Below, one piece after another: positions 12,101 to 23,120 of a stretch of 64,000 bases of DNA. Source of the stretch: Malacoraja senta (lineage: Eukaryota); assembly GCA_038087875.1 (NCBI GenBank), contig CM075990.1, positions 16,928,001 through 16,992,000 on the forward strand, written 5' to 3'. The notes beneath the pieces are model-generated. The model was not told the DNA's origin and made no database searches. It saw nothing but the letters and a program-made list of their open reading frames with translations. Numbering within the stretch: the first letter of the stretch is position 1; each line of letters begins with the position of its first letter. The translations under genes were made by a program, and so were the position numbers.

Positions 12101-15100
12101 GGGTTTTCTCTGGGTGCTCCGGTTTCCTCCCACATCCAAAGACGTGCAGGTTTGTAGATTAATTGGCTTCTGTAAATTGTCCCCAGTGTGTGGGACAAGT
12201 GCGGTGGGCCGAAGGGCCTGTTTCCTCACTGTATCGTTGTATCTCTGGAGACGCAAGACCATGCAGGGGGTTTTGATGACTCTGGCTATCATGATGTAGC
12301 AAAAATGGTATCTCTACAATGCAAACCATGACAGAGTTGCATTACTTTACAAAGCTGCCATGTTGTTTTATTCTAGCTCCTTATCGTCAATGGCTTACAG
12401 CTACGAAACAACCCAGTGGCCGTCATGGAGAGCGTGCAGAAATTCCTCGGTGTCACCCTTCACTTGAACTACACTCAGGCACTGATGTATGTATGTCCAC
12501 CAAAGCTGTTTTCTGTGTCCCTTTTGTGTAGAGCTTGCTGACATTGCCTCTGCTTGTCACAGTGGGTGGCATGTCCTCTTGGTGACGGTCTGATGGGTTC
12601 AGGTCTGGAAACAAAGCTTCACCAGCACTGTCACGGGAGTACGGCTTGACCACTTAGATGGGGCGTTGAAAGGGGGAGACCAGGACCAGAGGACACAGCC
12701 TCACAATATATGGACATACCTTTAGAAAGGAGATGATGAGGAATTCATTTAGTCAGAGGGTGATGAATCTGTGGAATGTATTGCCACAGACGGCTGTAGA
12801 GGCCAAGTCAATGAGTATTGATTATTAAGGGTGTCCAAGGTCAAGGGGAGAAGGTGTTGAGAGGGATAGACCAACCATTATTGAATGATGGAGTAGACAC
12901 GATGGGCTGAATGGCCTAATTCTGCCCCGGTAACTTATTTGCAGCAGAGTTGGAGAACTGTGATGGACGTACATGCAACTTTGGTTCAACTACATCTGGC
13001 AGTATTGGGAGCAGTTCAGGAAACCACACTTTACTGACGACATTGATCTTGGAGATGTAGATTTATCAGAATAATCCCTGGACTCTCAAAGCTTAGATGA
13101 TGAGAAGTTGACATTCCTTGGGGTTTAGAAGGCTCTTTGATTCAAGGGAAGTGTTGGGGGAGGGAGCGTTGGGCAGAGCACGGTATTCATCTTAGGTAGA
13201 TCCGAATCATCAACTTAGGTCTCGACCCGAAATGTCACCTATTCCTTCGCTCCATAGATGCTGCCTCACCCGCTGAGTTTCTCCAGCATTTTTGTCTACC
13301 TTAGATTTTTCCAGCATCTGCAGTTCCTTCTTAAAGAGTATTTATCTTTATTTGTTTTTCCATGATGTGTCGGGTGGGGAGGTTAGATCGCCTCAACAGA
13401 GAGGCATTCTCCGCCATTTCAGAGTCTGCCACATTCCCTAGAGGGGCGCAGCATGGACACCACAAGATGTCCACCTTGCTCACCTGCGTACGCTGGTCCG
13501 TGTTGCCCTGGGCCTGAGTTGTGCAGATGGTGGACAGAATAACATTGGGAGATCTTCTCCTGTGAAGGACACTTGTGAACCAGACGCATTCTTGCAGCAA
13601 TCTTGTCGTTCCAAGGTCACCGATACTGAATGCTGCTCATCCATGGTGGGATCAACCTGTGGAACAACACACGGATGGGGAAATGGAAACCATGGTCCCA
13701 GGGCTACATGTTGAGCTTCACCTTTTGGGAGTGAGGTGGGAAGACACTTGAGTGTAGAGACATTGAGCTGTATGGCACGGAAACAGGCCATTCGGCCCAT
13801 CGTGCCGCCCAAGTTAGCAGGTTGGGCTGATCCTGTTCTTGCCCTTGCTCCTCTAAACCCTTTCTATCCATATGTCAGTCCAATTCTCAGAGTGGGAAAG
13901 GCTTGGCATGCCGTGGTTGATGGATATCTTAATGCTGTCTGTGTGGAGTTTGCAGGTTCTCCCTGCGACCGTTCACCAAATTGCTCCATGTTCCTCCCGT
14001 GCCCCAAGCGCGCGCTGGTCGTGTAACTGGCTGCCGACACTTGTCCCTCAAACTGATAGACGACAGGAGAATCACCGCCTTGTTAATGGGCCCGTGACAG
14101 AGCGCAGGGTGTGGGACAGGACGAGTGGGATACACTTGAGTGCAGAGTCGTGGAGACATAGAGCTGCGTGGCACGGAAACAGGCCATTCGGCCCATCGTG
14201 CCCGTGCCGCCCAAGTTAGCAGGTAGCAAGTGGGGTAGAATCATCTCCCATCCCTCACACTCCGACAAATAACCTCCTCCTAATGGCAAAGAGATCTACG
14301 AGACCAGTCTGAAGAAGGGTCTCGACCTGTAACGTCACCCCTCCACGTCTCTCCCGAGATGCTGCCTGTCCCGCTGAGTTGCTCTATCTTATATTACACA
14401 AAGCTCCTCCCTGGATGCATTCAGTAATAATTCTGGACTTTTAACAAGATAGAGATCAGGGTGTCCAATCAAGGTGATTCTTTGAATAGAATGTGGATTT
14501 GTTGCACATTTTATATAACGTTGAGTTAATTTGCCTCTCTATTTCCTCATACAGCAATGAAAGCTTCTGCTATGAGATGGCAAGTATCATTGATCTGGGA
14601 TAAAATCTACTGTTGCAAGTCCCAGGACAACAAAGGGCCTCTCTGGTAACTCCCAAGTCTGCATGGTGCTCAGCTCAATGCCTCCACGATTCACTTTATC
14701 AGCTGCCACACCAATGGGCGTTTACTCCTAAGAAAGACACACAGTGCTGGAGTAACTCAGCGGGTCAGGCAGCATCTATGGAGAGAAGGAATGGGTGACG
14801 TTTCGAGTCAGACTGAAGAAGGGTTCTGACTTGTAACGTCACCCATCCTTTTTCCTCCAGAAGCTGCCTGACCAGCTGAGATACTCCAGCACTGTGTGTC
14901 TATCTTTGGTACAAACCAGAATCTGTAGTTCTCTGTTTCTCTATTTTTGCTGCTCTGCACATCTCTCTAAACTAGTTGCCCAGTTTGGTTGGCTCCATCA
15001 GTAAGCCTTGTGTTGGGTGTAACATTGAGTGGATGAATTAACTTTCTTCCATGGAGAGTTGGAGGCTGTCTAAAGATGCTTCAGTTGCTTGAACAGTGAT

Positions 15101-18100
15101 TTCCATCCTGACTCCCTGACCGTTCTCTTGCTATATCTGTGTAGGTGTAACGTTATCTCAAGGCAGTCTGGTGGGCCTGACCCTCTGTGTAACAGTCCAT
15201 GCATTGTTGCTCCTGAGATCGGGTGTGAGTGTAACTAATGTCTAGAAGCAAATAATGGATTTGCTGCCATATTGCATGCGACAGATAGTAGCTTTGTTCT
15301 CCTGTGTAAGAAAGAACTGCAGGTGCTGGAAAAATCGAAGGTAGATAAAAATGCTGGAGAAACTCAGCGGGTGAGGCAGCATCTATGGAGCGAAGGAATA
15401 GGTGATGTTTCGGGTCGAGACCCTTCAGACTGATGTCGGGGAGGAAGGGGCGGGAAAAGGAATGGAAGAGGCGGAGACAGTGGGCTGTGGGAGAGGTGGG
15501 AAGGGGAGGGGAAGGAGGGAGAAAGCAGGGACTACCTGAAATTGGAGAAGTCAATGTTCATACCGCTGGGGTGTAAACTGCCCAAGCGAAATATGAGGTG
15601 CTGCTCCTCCAATTTACGGTGAGCCTCACTCTGGCCATGGACGAGGCCCAGGACAGAAAGGTCGGATTCAGAATGGGAGGGGGAGTTGAAGTGCTGAGCC
15701 ACCGGGAGATCAGGTTGGTTAGTGCGAACCGAGCGGAGGTGTTGGGCGAAGCGATCGCCAAGCCTATGCTTGGTCTCACCGATGTAGAGCAGCTGACACT
15801 TAGAGCAGCGGATGCAATAGATGAGGTTGGAGGAGGTGCAGGTGAACCTCTGCCTCACCTGGAAAGACTGCTTGGGTCCTTGGATGGAGTCAGGGGGGTG
15901 GTAAAACAACAAGTGTAGCATCTCCTGCGGTTGTAAGAGAAAGTACCAGGGGAGGGGGGCGGTTTGGGTGGGAAGGGACGAACTGACCAGGGAGAATTTG
16001 TTCTCCTTGTACCTTGACGCATGTCAGGCGGAACAGTGGCGCAATGGTAGAGTTGCTGCCTCACAGCGCCAGAGACCCGGGTTCGATGCTGACTATGGGT
16101 GCTGTCTGTGCGGAGTTTGTACCTTCTCCTTGCAACCGCGTGAGGTTTCTCCGGGTGCTCTGGTTTCCTCCCACATCCCAGAGATGTGGTGGCTTGTAGG
16201 TTAATTGGCTTCTGTAAAAATTGTAAAGTTGTCCCTGGCGTGCAGGATGGTGCTAGTGTACGGGGTGATCGCTGGTCAGCGCGGGACTCGGGGGCTTTTT
16301 CCGTGCTGTATCTCTAAAAATAATCTGTTATTTGCTTTCAACCAGGAGACTGGTAAAGAAGGCAAATGATAGGCTTGCGTTCATTGTTCAGGGAATTGAA
16401 CATAAGAGTCAGTCATGACCCTGATCTACAGGACGGTGGTGAGGCCATGTTTGGTGTCTGGTCTCCCCATTGCAGGAAGGGTGTGGAGGCCTTGGGGAGG
16501 GTGCAGCGGAGGTTTACCAGAATGGTCTACCTAGATTGGGGGTATTGGCCACAAGGAAAGGTCTGGAACACCAAAGGTTGTAGGGAGACCAGATAAAGTC
16601 TATAACATTATGAGAGGCCCAGATAGTGTAGACAGACAGAACCGTTTTCCCAGGATGGAAAAATCAAATAAGCAAATGGCATAGCTTTATATTGGAGGGG
16701 AGTTTAAAGGAACTATTCGGGGTAGGTTTGGCACAGATATTGTGGGCTGAAGGGCCTGTTCCTGTGCTCTATGAAGCTTCACAGCAGCCACACAAGTTCA
16801 AATCTGAAACTTGACTATCTAGCAGATTGCAACCATAAAGAAAGAGATGTAACACTTAAGCCGACCTGTGGCGCAGCGGTAGAGTTGCTGCCTTACAGCG
16901 AATGCAGCACCGGAGACCCGGGTTCCATCCCGACTACGGGTGCTGTCTGTACGGAGTTTGTACATTCTCCCCGTGACCTGCGTGGGTTTACTCCGGGATC
17001 TTCGGTTTCCTCCCACACTCCAAAGACGTACTGGTTTGTAGGTTAATTGGCTTGGTGTAAATGTAAAAATTGTCCCTAGTGAGTGTAGGATAGTGTTGGT
17101 CTGCGGGGATCGCTGGTCGGCGCGGACCCGGTGGGCTGAAGGGCCTGTTTCCGCGCTGTATCTCTAAACTAAACTAAGGTCACCACAGACAGAATGTTAT
17201 CGATACGGTCCCTTGTGGAAGAATTAGGGGGAAGATGGTGGAGGCTTTGAGGAATGCAGGATGGTGGGCTATCCTTGGGCTGATGGGCCGAATGGACTTT
17301 CTTTCCAACAACTGGCTTGTGAAGGCCTTGTTGGAATGTGCTGCCAAGTTTAATGGCAGATATGATAAAGGTGTTGAAAAGGCCTTTGAATATGCTCATG
17401 GTTAGACAGCGTATATATGGATATTTCCATCCTGGGGCAAAGGTTCTGACTGTCTACCATATCTAGGCCCCTCATAACTTTATATACTTCTATACTTTAT
17501 TGCGGAATGGTTTTGCAAGTACTTGGTGTTTGGACGAGCATGTCCCTGTCCAATGGAGTAATTCCACACATGTTTGTTTCAGGTTCGATGATAGCAAGAG
17601 TTTCTGGTGCCAGATCGTAGAAGGAGGCAAGTCCAAGTGTTTGGGCAAAAGTAAAGGCAGGAAATACCCAGAGATGGATTCATTGGTGAGTGCACATCAT
17701 CTTTAAAATGTCTCCCCACCCACCGGCATCTTAGCGGATCTCTTGTGCAGTCATTGTATTATATAAGGTTTGTAACCCTTCAGTAAAACCCCTTATAACT
17801 AAGGACAGGACATGTTGGCACGTTGGGCTTGTTCGGATAGCCCTTAGCTATCTATCCACATTTCTGCCCAAGTGTCTTTTATTGATTGTATCGACTTCTG
17901 CAGCTTCCTCTGGCAGCTCATTCCAGATACTGACCAGGCTCTGAGTGGAAGAAGTTGCCTCTGGGTCCCTCACCAATCTCACCTCAAGCCTCTGCCCTCC
18001 AGCTTTAGACACCTCCATCCTGGGGGGAAAAAGACTCAGAGCGTTTAGTTCATCACCAAAGGGCGGCACATCGGTACAGTTGCTGCCGCACAGCGCCAGA

Positions 18101-20807
18101 AACCCAAGTTCAATCCTGATCCCTGGTGCTGTCTGTGCGGAGTTTGTACGCTCTCTCTGTGACCGCGTGGGTTTTCTCCCAGAGCTCCGGTTTTATCCCA
18201 CACGCCAGACATGCGGGTTTTCTAGGCTTTGGTTAAAAAATTGTAAATTGTCCCTAGTGCATGTTGATGTACGGGGGGGATCGCTGGTCAGCATGGACTC
18301 AGTGGGCCGAAGGGCCTGTTTCTGCGCTGTATTTCTAAAGTTAGCCATGTCCCTTATGATCTTGTACACCATAGCAGGGTCACCTGGAGCTAACTATGGC
18401 AGGTTAGTCTACGACAGGTGCAGGTGTGTATACCTGGATCTAACTATGGCAGGTTAGTCTACGACAGGTGCAGGTGTGTATACCTGGATCTAGTATGGAC
18501 ACAGGACATGGAGTCACACTACAACCCTAATGAATTCCATTTGAGGATTTCTAACAGGAAGATTAAATGGGAAATGGCGATTCCAGCCAGAACTTTCTCA
18601 TTTCACACGACTCCAATGCCTTTCAATAGTTTTTAATCAGAAACAGGTTTTTTTTTAAGGCACAACGGCCTTAGACCAACAGCAAAGCTGCTCTGAGCGA
18701 ACTATAAGTTTGGCTGAGGCCAAGGCACTCCTGGTTGCACTTTACGGACCAATCTGAGATGGTGATTCAAGGCCAGCAGCGTAATCAAGGACCAGTCTCA
18801 CCCCGGTCACTCCCCCTTCTCCCCTCTCCTGAAGTGTGTATACGCACACCTCCAGATTCAGGGACAGTTTCTTCCCGGCTGTTATCAGGCAACTGAACCA
18901 TCCAGGAGAGAGTTAGATATCGCTCTTGGGGCTAACAGAATCAAGGGATATGGGGAGAAAGCAGGAATGGGGTAGTGATTTAGGATGATCAGCCATGGTC
19001 ATATTTTCACCCAGAGAGTTGTGAATCTGTGGAATTCTCTGCCACAGAAGGCAGTGGAGGCCAATTCACTGGATGTTTTCAAGAGTTAGACTTGGCTCTT
19101 AGGGCTAAAGGAATCAAGGGATATGGGGAAAAAGCAGGGACGGGGTACTGATTGTAGATGATCAGCCATGATCATATTGAATGGTGGTGCTGGCTCGAAG
19201 GGCCGAATGGCCTCCTCCTGCACATATTTTCTATGTTTCTATCCTATCGCCAATTAGAGTGCGGTCCTGACCTCTCATCTGCCTCATTGGAGATCATCGG
19301 AACATTATCTTCATCTTGCACTAAACATTATTCCCTTTATCCTGTATCTGTACATTGTGGACGGATTGATTGTAACCATGTATGTCTTACCGCTGATGAA
19401 GAAGGGTCTCGACCCGAAACGTCACCCATCCCTTCTCTCCAGAGATGCTGCCTGTCCCGCTGAGTCACTCCAGCTTTTTGTGTTGAATTTCTTACCGCTG
19501 ACTGGATAGCATGCAACAAAAAGCTGTTCACTGTACCTCGGTACCCGTGACAATAAACTGAACTAAAGCTGGTGCAGGCCTCTGTGTCCGACCCAGCTGC
19601 CTGGATACATCTCAACTTGGTCTAACCATGGACCTCAATGATGCACAGTTTGTGTGATGTTATGCACTGTTCTTCATTCCAACTGCACTCAAAAGTGTTT
19701 CAAAAAACTGGCTTTCTACATTTCTAATATTACAAGATTACTATAGTTTAAAAAACGAATGTATTGAGTTGGGAGGTCAGATCCTTACAGCTATAGGATG
19801 ATGGTCTGATGTACATCACAGTGAATGGCGGTGCTGGGCCGAATGGCCTACTCCTGCACCTATTGAATATTGTCTATTGTCAGTACGGAACGGCACAGAA
19901 AAACCAGTGGTTGGTAGACAAAAATGCTGGAGAAACTCAGCGGGTGAGGCAGCATCTGTGGAGCGAAGGAATAGGTGACGTTTCGGGTCGAGACCCTTCT
20001 TCAGACTGATGTGGGGGTGGGGTTACTCGTTAAGTCTTTTCAGTAGCTTGCTGTTTGACTTCAGTGTCGGTACTCGAGGTGAACTGCATAGGGAAGGGTA
20101 AGCCAGTCTCACATAAACAACATTTGCAGTACAGTCTATCGAACGCGTCAAAAACCAGAGGACATTGGGTTTAAGGTGAGAGGGGAATCTGAGGGGCAAC
20201 GTTTTGACACAGGGGCTGGTGGGTACGTGGACAAGCTGCCAGAGGAGGTTGTTTACAACAACAGGTACCTGGATAGGAAAGGTTTAGAGGGATGAAAGCC
20301 AATGGGACATCTTGGTTGGCATGGATAAGTTGGGCCGAAGGGCCTCTTTCCATGTTGCATGACTTTATTTGGCCAGATACTCTCTACACCATGTGATTAA
20401 CCCGCTAAAGAGTTCAAAGAAACTCAGAAAAAGTTTTCTGAACTCATAAAAACATATGAAAAAAGAGTGTTGTTTTGACCCTATTTGGTTGGATCTAACA
20501 AGTGGGGAAAGATTCTGCACTCTGTCTTCCCCTATGCTCTATCTATTGTACTTGAGTTTGAACGGATTGCATTTATGGTATATCTGATGTTTGAACAGCA
20601 AAGCTTTTCATTGTACCTTGGTACAAGTGACAAGAATGAACGTAACGTTAATCACAAACTCGATGTGTTTTTTCCTCTCAGTCACGGACGTTCCTGACGA
20701 GCTATTACAGAGAGCACAACGCTGAACTCTCCAAGCAGCTGAATCGACTGGGACAGGCGTTGCCCAGCTGGCTGCGTGAGGAGCTGCAACACAACCGCTG
20801 GAGCTGA
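3072..20807 (+). CDS. NDST2: NDST2, 3' part of gene (7 coding exons, N-sulfotransferase domain); 5' exons lie upstream of window
   Basis: Exons 3072-3168, 3861-3984, 4463-4637, 8182-8352, 12377-12486, 17583-17685 and 20682-20807 all have AG/GT ends and join in frame. Motifs GPQKTGTT (5'-PSB), [10 protein letters not shown] (3'-PB), CLGKSKGR. The NDST2 paralog call rests on recalled sequence similarity ([15 protein letters not shown]) and adjacency to ZSWIM8. Confidence 0.9.
3493..3758 (-). mobile_element. HE1-like V-SINE
   Basis: Reverse-complement copy of the family. Confidence 0.75.
3861..3984 (+). CDS. NDST2: NDST2 exon: (G)[40 protein letters not shown](W)
   Basis: cctcag|GTACC...GACTG|gtgagc, 124 nt. 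Confidence 0.95.
4463..4637 (+). CDS. NDST2: NDST2 exon: [24 protein letters not shown]...[11 protein letters not shown]
   Basis: tctcag|GTACATG...TACCAG|gtacac, 175 nt. Confidence 0.95.
5606..5915 (+). mobile_element. HE1-like V-SINE
   Basis: tRNA head with GGTTCGATCCC, V-domain and tail. Confidence 0.8.
8182..8352 (+). CDS. NDST2: NDST2 exon: [15 protein letters not shown]...[19 protein letters not shown]
   Basis: ctgcag|CATCAG...TCCCAG|gtaggg, 171 nt. Confidence 0.95.
8497..8660. mobile_element. Fold-back Penelope pLTR-derived non-autonomous element
   Basis: 49-bp inverted arms at 8495-8543 and 8560-8608; 15-bp TSD TTCAGACTATCGTTG. Confidence 0.8.
8845..9228 (+). mobile_element. CR1/HER1-type LINE 3' fragment
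   Basis: Same 3' end ending ...gaagggccgaatggcct...tttctatgt. Confidence 0.8.
11058..11287. mobile_element. PIF/Harbinger-like MITE (same family as 36672), nested in a pLTR remnant
   Basis: GGGCCTGTCCCACTTG...GGACAGGCCC, right TIR partly deleted; TAA/TTA flanks. Confidence 0.7.
11985..12246 (+). mobile_element. HE1-like V-SINE
   Basis: tRNA head, V-domain and tail. Confidence 0.8.
12377..12486 (+). CDS. NDST2: NDST2 exon: [36 protein letters not shown](M)
   Basis: ttctag|CTCCTT...CTGAT|gtatgt, 110 nt; this frame is not shown in the ORF track. Confidence 0.92.
15304..15996 (-). mobile_element. 5'-truncated Penelope-like retroelement with open GIY-YIG endonuclease ORF (15532-15921) and pLTR
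   Basis: [30 protein letters not shown]...HFNSPSH...[17 protein letters not shown]; 11-bp TSD TTTGTTCTCCT at 15293-15303 and 15997-16007. Confidence 0.9.
16026..16318 (+). mobile_element. HE1-like V-SINE
   Basis: tRNA head, V-domain and tail. Confidence 0.8.
16868..17176 (+). mobile_element. Full-length HE1-like tRNA-derived V-SINE
   Basis: A-box TGGCGCAGCGG, B-box-like GGTTCCATCCC, V-domain (...ggtttcctcccacactccaaagac), LINE-derived tail gggcctgtttcc, (ctaaa)n end. Confidence 0.85.
17583..17685 (+). CDS. NDST2: NDST2 exon: [34 protein letters not shown]
   Basis: tttcag|GTTCGAT...TCATTG|gtgagt, 103 nt. Confidence 0.95.
18061..18340 (+). mobile_element. HE1-like V-SINE
   Basis: tRNA head, V-domain and tail. 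Confidence 0.75.
18382..18492. repeat. 50-bp tandem duplication (2.2 copies)
   Basis: ACCTGGA(G/T)CTAACTATGGCAGG... starting at 18382, 18432 and 18482. Confidence 0.9.
20682..20807 (+). CDS. NDST2: NDST2 last coding exon: [41 protein letters not shown]
   Basis: tctcag|TCACGG...AGCTGA, stop at 20805-20807. Confidence 0.95.
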   Translation, partial: SRTFLTSYYREHNAELSKQLNRLGQALPSWLREELQHNRWS

Positions 20808-21861
20808 GAGTCCGGCGCACGCTCGCTCGTTCCCTCGCTGCCGATTTGAACAACCACTGACCTCTCCCTTCCGTTCACGAACTTCACGGGCGGAGGTAGT
20901 GGAGATTGTGCGGCGTTCCCATCCACTGGGTTGCTGGGCCAGAGACAGAACAACACTTGACCGGCCGGCCATGGGGTCACCGTGCACGGGACCACTTCCA
21001 GATACTGGAACGTGTAACACAGCACCCCTGAACCCTTGAAGTATATCCTCATCAAACTGTGGAATGATTGTTACATTGGCTGCTTTTACACCAGGAATGT
21101 CCTGTCCACTAAAAGCAGGGACATTGATGCACAGCAGAGAGTGTTAGTGACACTTGCTGGCAACCCGGTACTAACCATGTGGATACCAATTAATTATTAA
21201 ACATGTACATATTTCCTTTTTTTGAGGCAATAATTCTCAGCTGCAGTCCAGGGAAACGACTCTGTCCCATTCCTCGACCATCCCCTCCCTCCCAAACAGT
21301 CCCTGAAGGTATTTGGACATTCACGTTCAACTTCAGTTTGCAAAGACACAAGAATTTCTTCCCAAGAACCCTTTCTGGCTTAAGTTCCCCCTCCGCCATC
21401 TCCAGTTTAAATTCCATTTGGAATATTTTGGAGGAGCAGGAAACCGAGAGTGTTTAACTGTTCCATATCTGTGTCTTGTCTAAGAGACTTACAACATTTT
21501 ATCAAGGCCAGCTTGTCCTTTCTCAAGTTTTAAGGGGTCTCGGGAAAGATGTATCCCCTCCCCCCCCATGTTGGACTCAACTCATCTCACCTATTGTATG
21601 TCATTCACATTGAATGATGTTATTGGAGAATTTTACTCTCAGCCAGCTGATCCTATTGTCTAGTTTGCAGCATTCAGTGGAGACCGAGGATTTTGTTTTT
21701 CACTTTGGGTGTAAATTTTGTGGTTAAATGTGATGTACTTTGTAAGAACTTAAAACATTCTCGACATTGGCTGAGGCAAGACAGATGTGTGTAAATATTA
21801 TAACCGTACAAAACTGGTCCAGCCAAAATGAGCAGATGTGCCTGGCAATCCTCAACTGTGA

Positions 21862-21867
21862 ATTAAA
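21862..21867 (+). terminator. Candidate NDST2 poly(A) signal ATTAAA
   Basis: ATTAAA about 1.05 kb after the stop, followed by GU-rich (tctgttgtt) and G-run elements; another ATTAAA at about 21196. Confidence 0.45.
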
Positions 21868-22015
21868 ACCAAAAATCAATGGTCAGTTAATCGTCTGTTG
21901 TTACCGTCAGTACCTTCAATGTAATCATCTCCGTTCTACAGCTCAGCATTGGGGGGGGGGGGGGGGGAATAATAATATAGGGTCTGCTCGAGAGTTGTGC
22001 AGTTCTGTTTTATAC

Positions 22016-22021
22016 TTTAAT
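22016..22021 (-). terminator. Candidate ZSWIM8 poly(A) signal ATTAAA
   Basis: tttaat on + reads ATTAAA on -, with an adjacent TATAAA variant; about 0.9 kb after the ZSWIM8 stop. Confidence 0.45.
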
Positions 22022-22182
22022 CAAAAATAATCGTATGTATCCAGCACAGCACAGAATGGTAGAAGTGTTTCCTCCCTCTAATCCACACCATCCTGCTGCC
22101 CACTAAACCAGGCACCGTCATGATGATTCCGAGACGTGACAATGTCGGAACCACAGCAGGAACGGACACAAGTGATGTGGAC

Positions 22183-22219
<37 letters not shown>

Positions 22220-22913
22220 CAAAAAGGAAGAGGTTTTTCTTTAAAAAAAAATATTAACGGGTTACAGGAGGAAGACTGATGGTCAGTACTGTGGCTAATG
22301 TTTTACACGTCAGCTGATCCGTAACACTTTAAAATGTGTCAAAGCTTAGAACTATCCCAGCACTCATCGTGGCTGGAATCTGAATATCAAACAATCGAAA
22401 TTCCTTTTTTTTTTTTTAAAGTATGTAAAAACATGAACAGTTGAGAAACAAAGAGGGGGTGGAAGCACGGAACCAAGATAATACAAACAAGAGTGGATAT
22501 GGCCATCTGCTTTTCTGGCCCAAAGCTGCACTTAGACAGGAGAAGCAATGGGTCCACCTGGAATGACCTGTCCATTTGCCAAACTCCAGGACCTCTGTCT
22601 CTAGCCAGTCTGCAGCCTTTTCCAAACACACAGTTAAGGACATTTACATGAAAACTAACTACTTCATACAAAAGTCTTTTTTTTTTGTTAAATGGGGGTG
22701 GGAGGAGAGACTCGTGAAAACTGACGGCGCCAGATTCAATCGAACGTCACAACAGTGATGAAAGGGAGCCTTTGTGTGCCTCGCCGACATCGAAAGCCTT
22801 TGAGGAGGAATGAGGCCGTCCAGACGATCAGATCAGTGGTCAAGGTGGAAGAGGGGCGGGGGGCAGGGGTTAAAAATGTGTACCCTAGAGCCTCACGCAG
22901 CAGCAGACAGACA

Positions 22914-23120
22914 TCAAGGGGAGAAGGTCGCCATTTCCAACGAGATCCTTTGCCACAAGTCCTTGCTCTGGCCTTTTGCTCGTTTTAAATTCTGTAGGAT
23001 TTCGTTGAACTGCATCATTCCAACGGGAGTCAGGCAGAAGGCGCTGCGTGCGCTGCGGATGATGTTGACAAAGTCATCGTAGTCTGTGGGGGTGATGTGG
23101 TACAACCTGTACTGGATACA
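22914..23120 (-). CDS. ZSWIM8: ZSWIM8 last coding exon CIQYRLYHITPTDYDDF...LEMATFSP*
   Basis: ccacag|TGTATC..., 207 nt including TGA. Confidence 0.95.
   Translation of the reverse strand, partial: CIQYRLYHITPTDYDDFVNIIRSARSAFCLTPVGMMQFNEILQNLKRAKGQSKDLWQRISLEMATFSP

Noticed and set aside
16868..16945. tRNA-like sequences with A and B boxes (many copies)
   Set aside because: They are SINE heads followed by the V-domain and LINE tail, with no complete cloverleaf.
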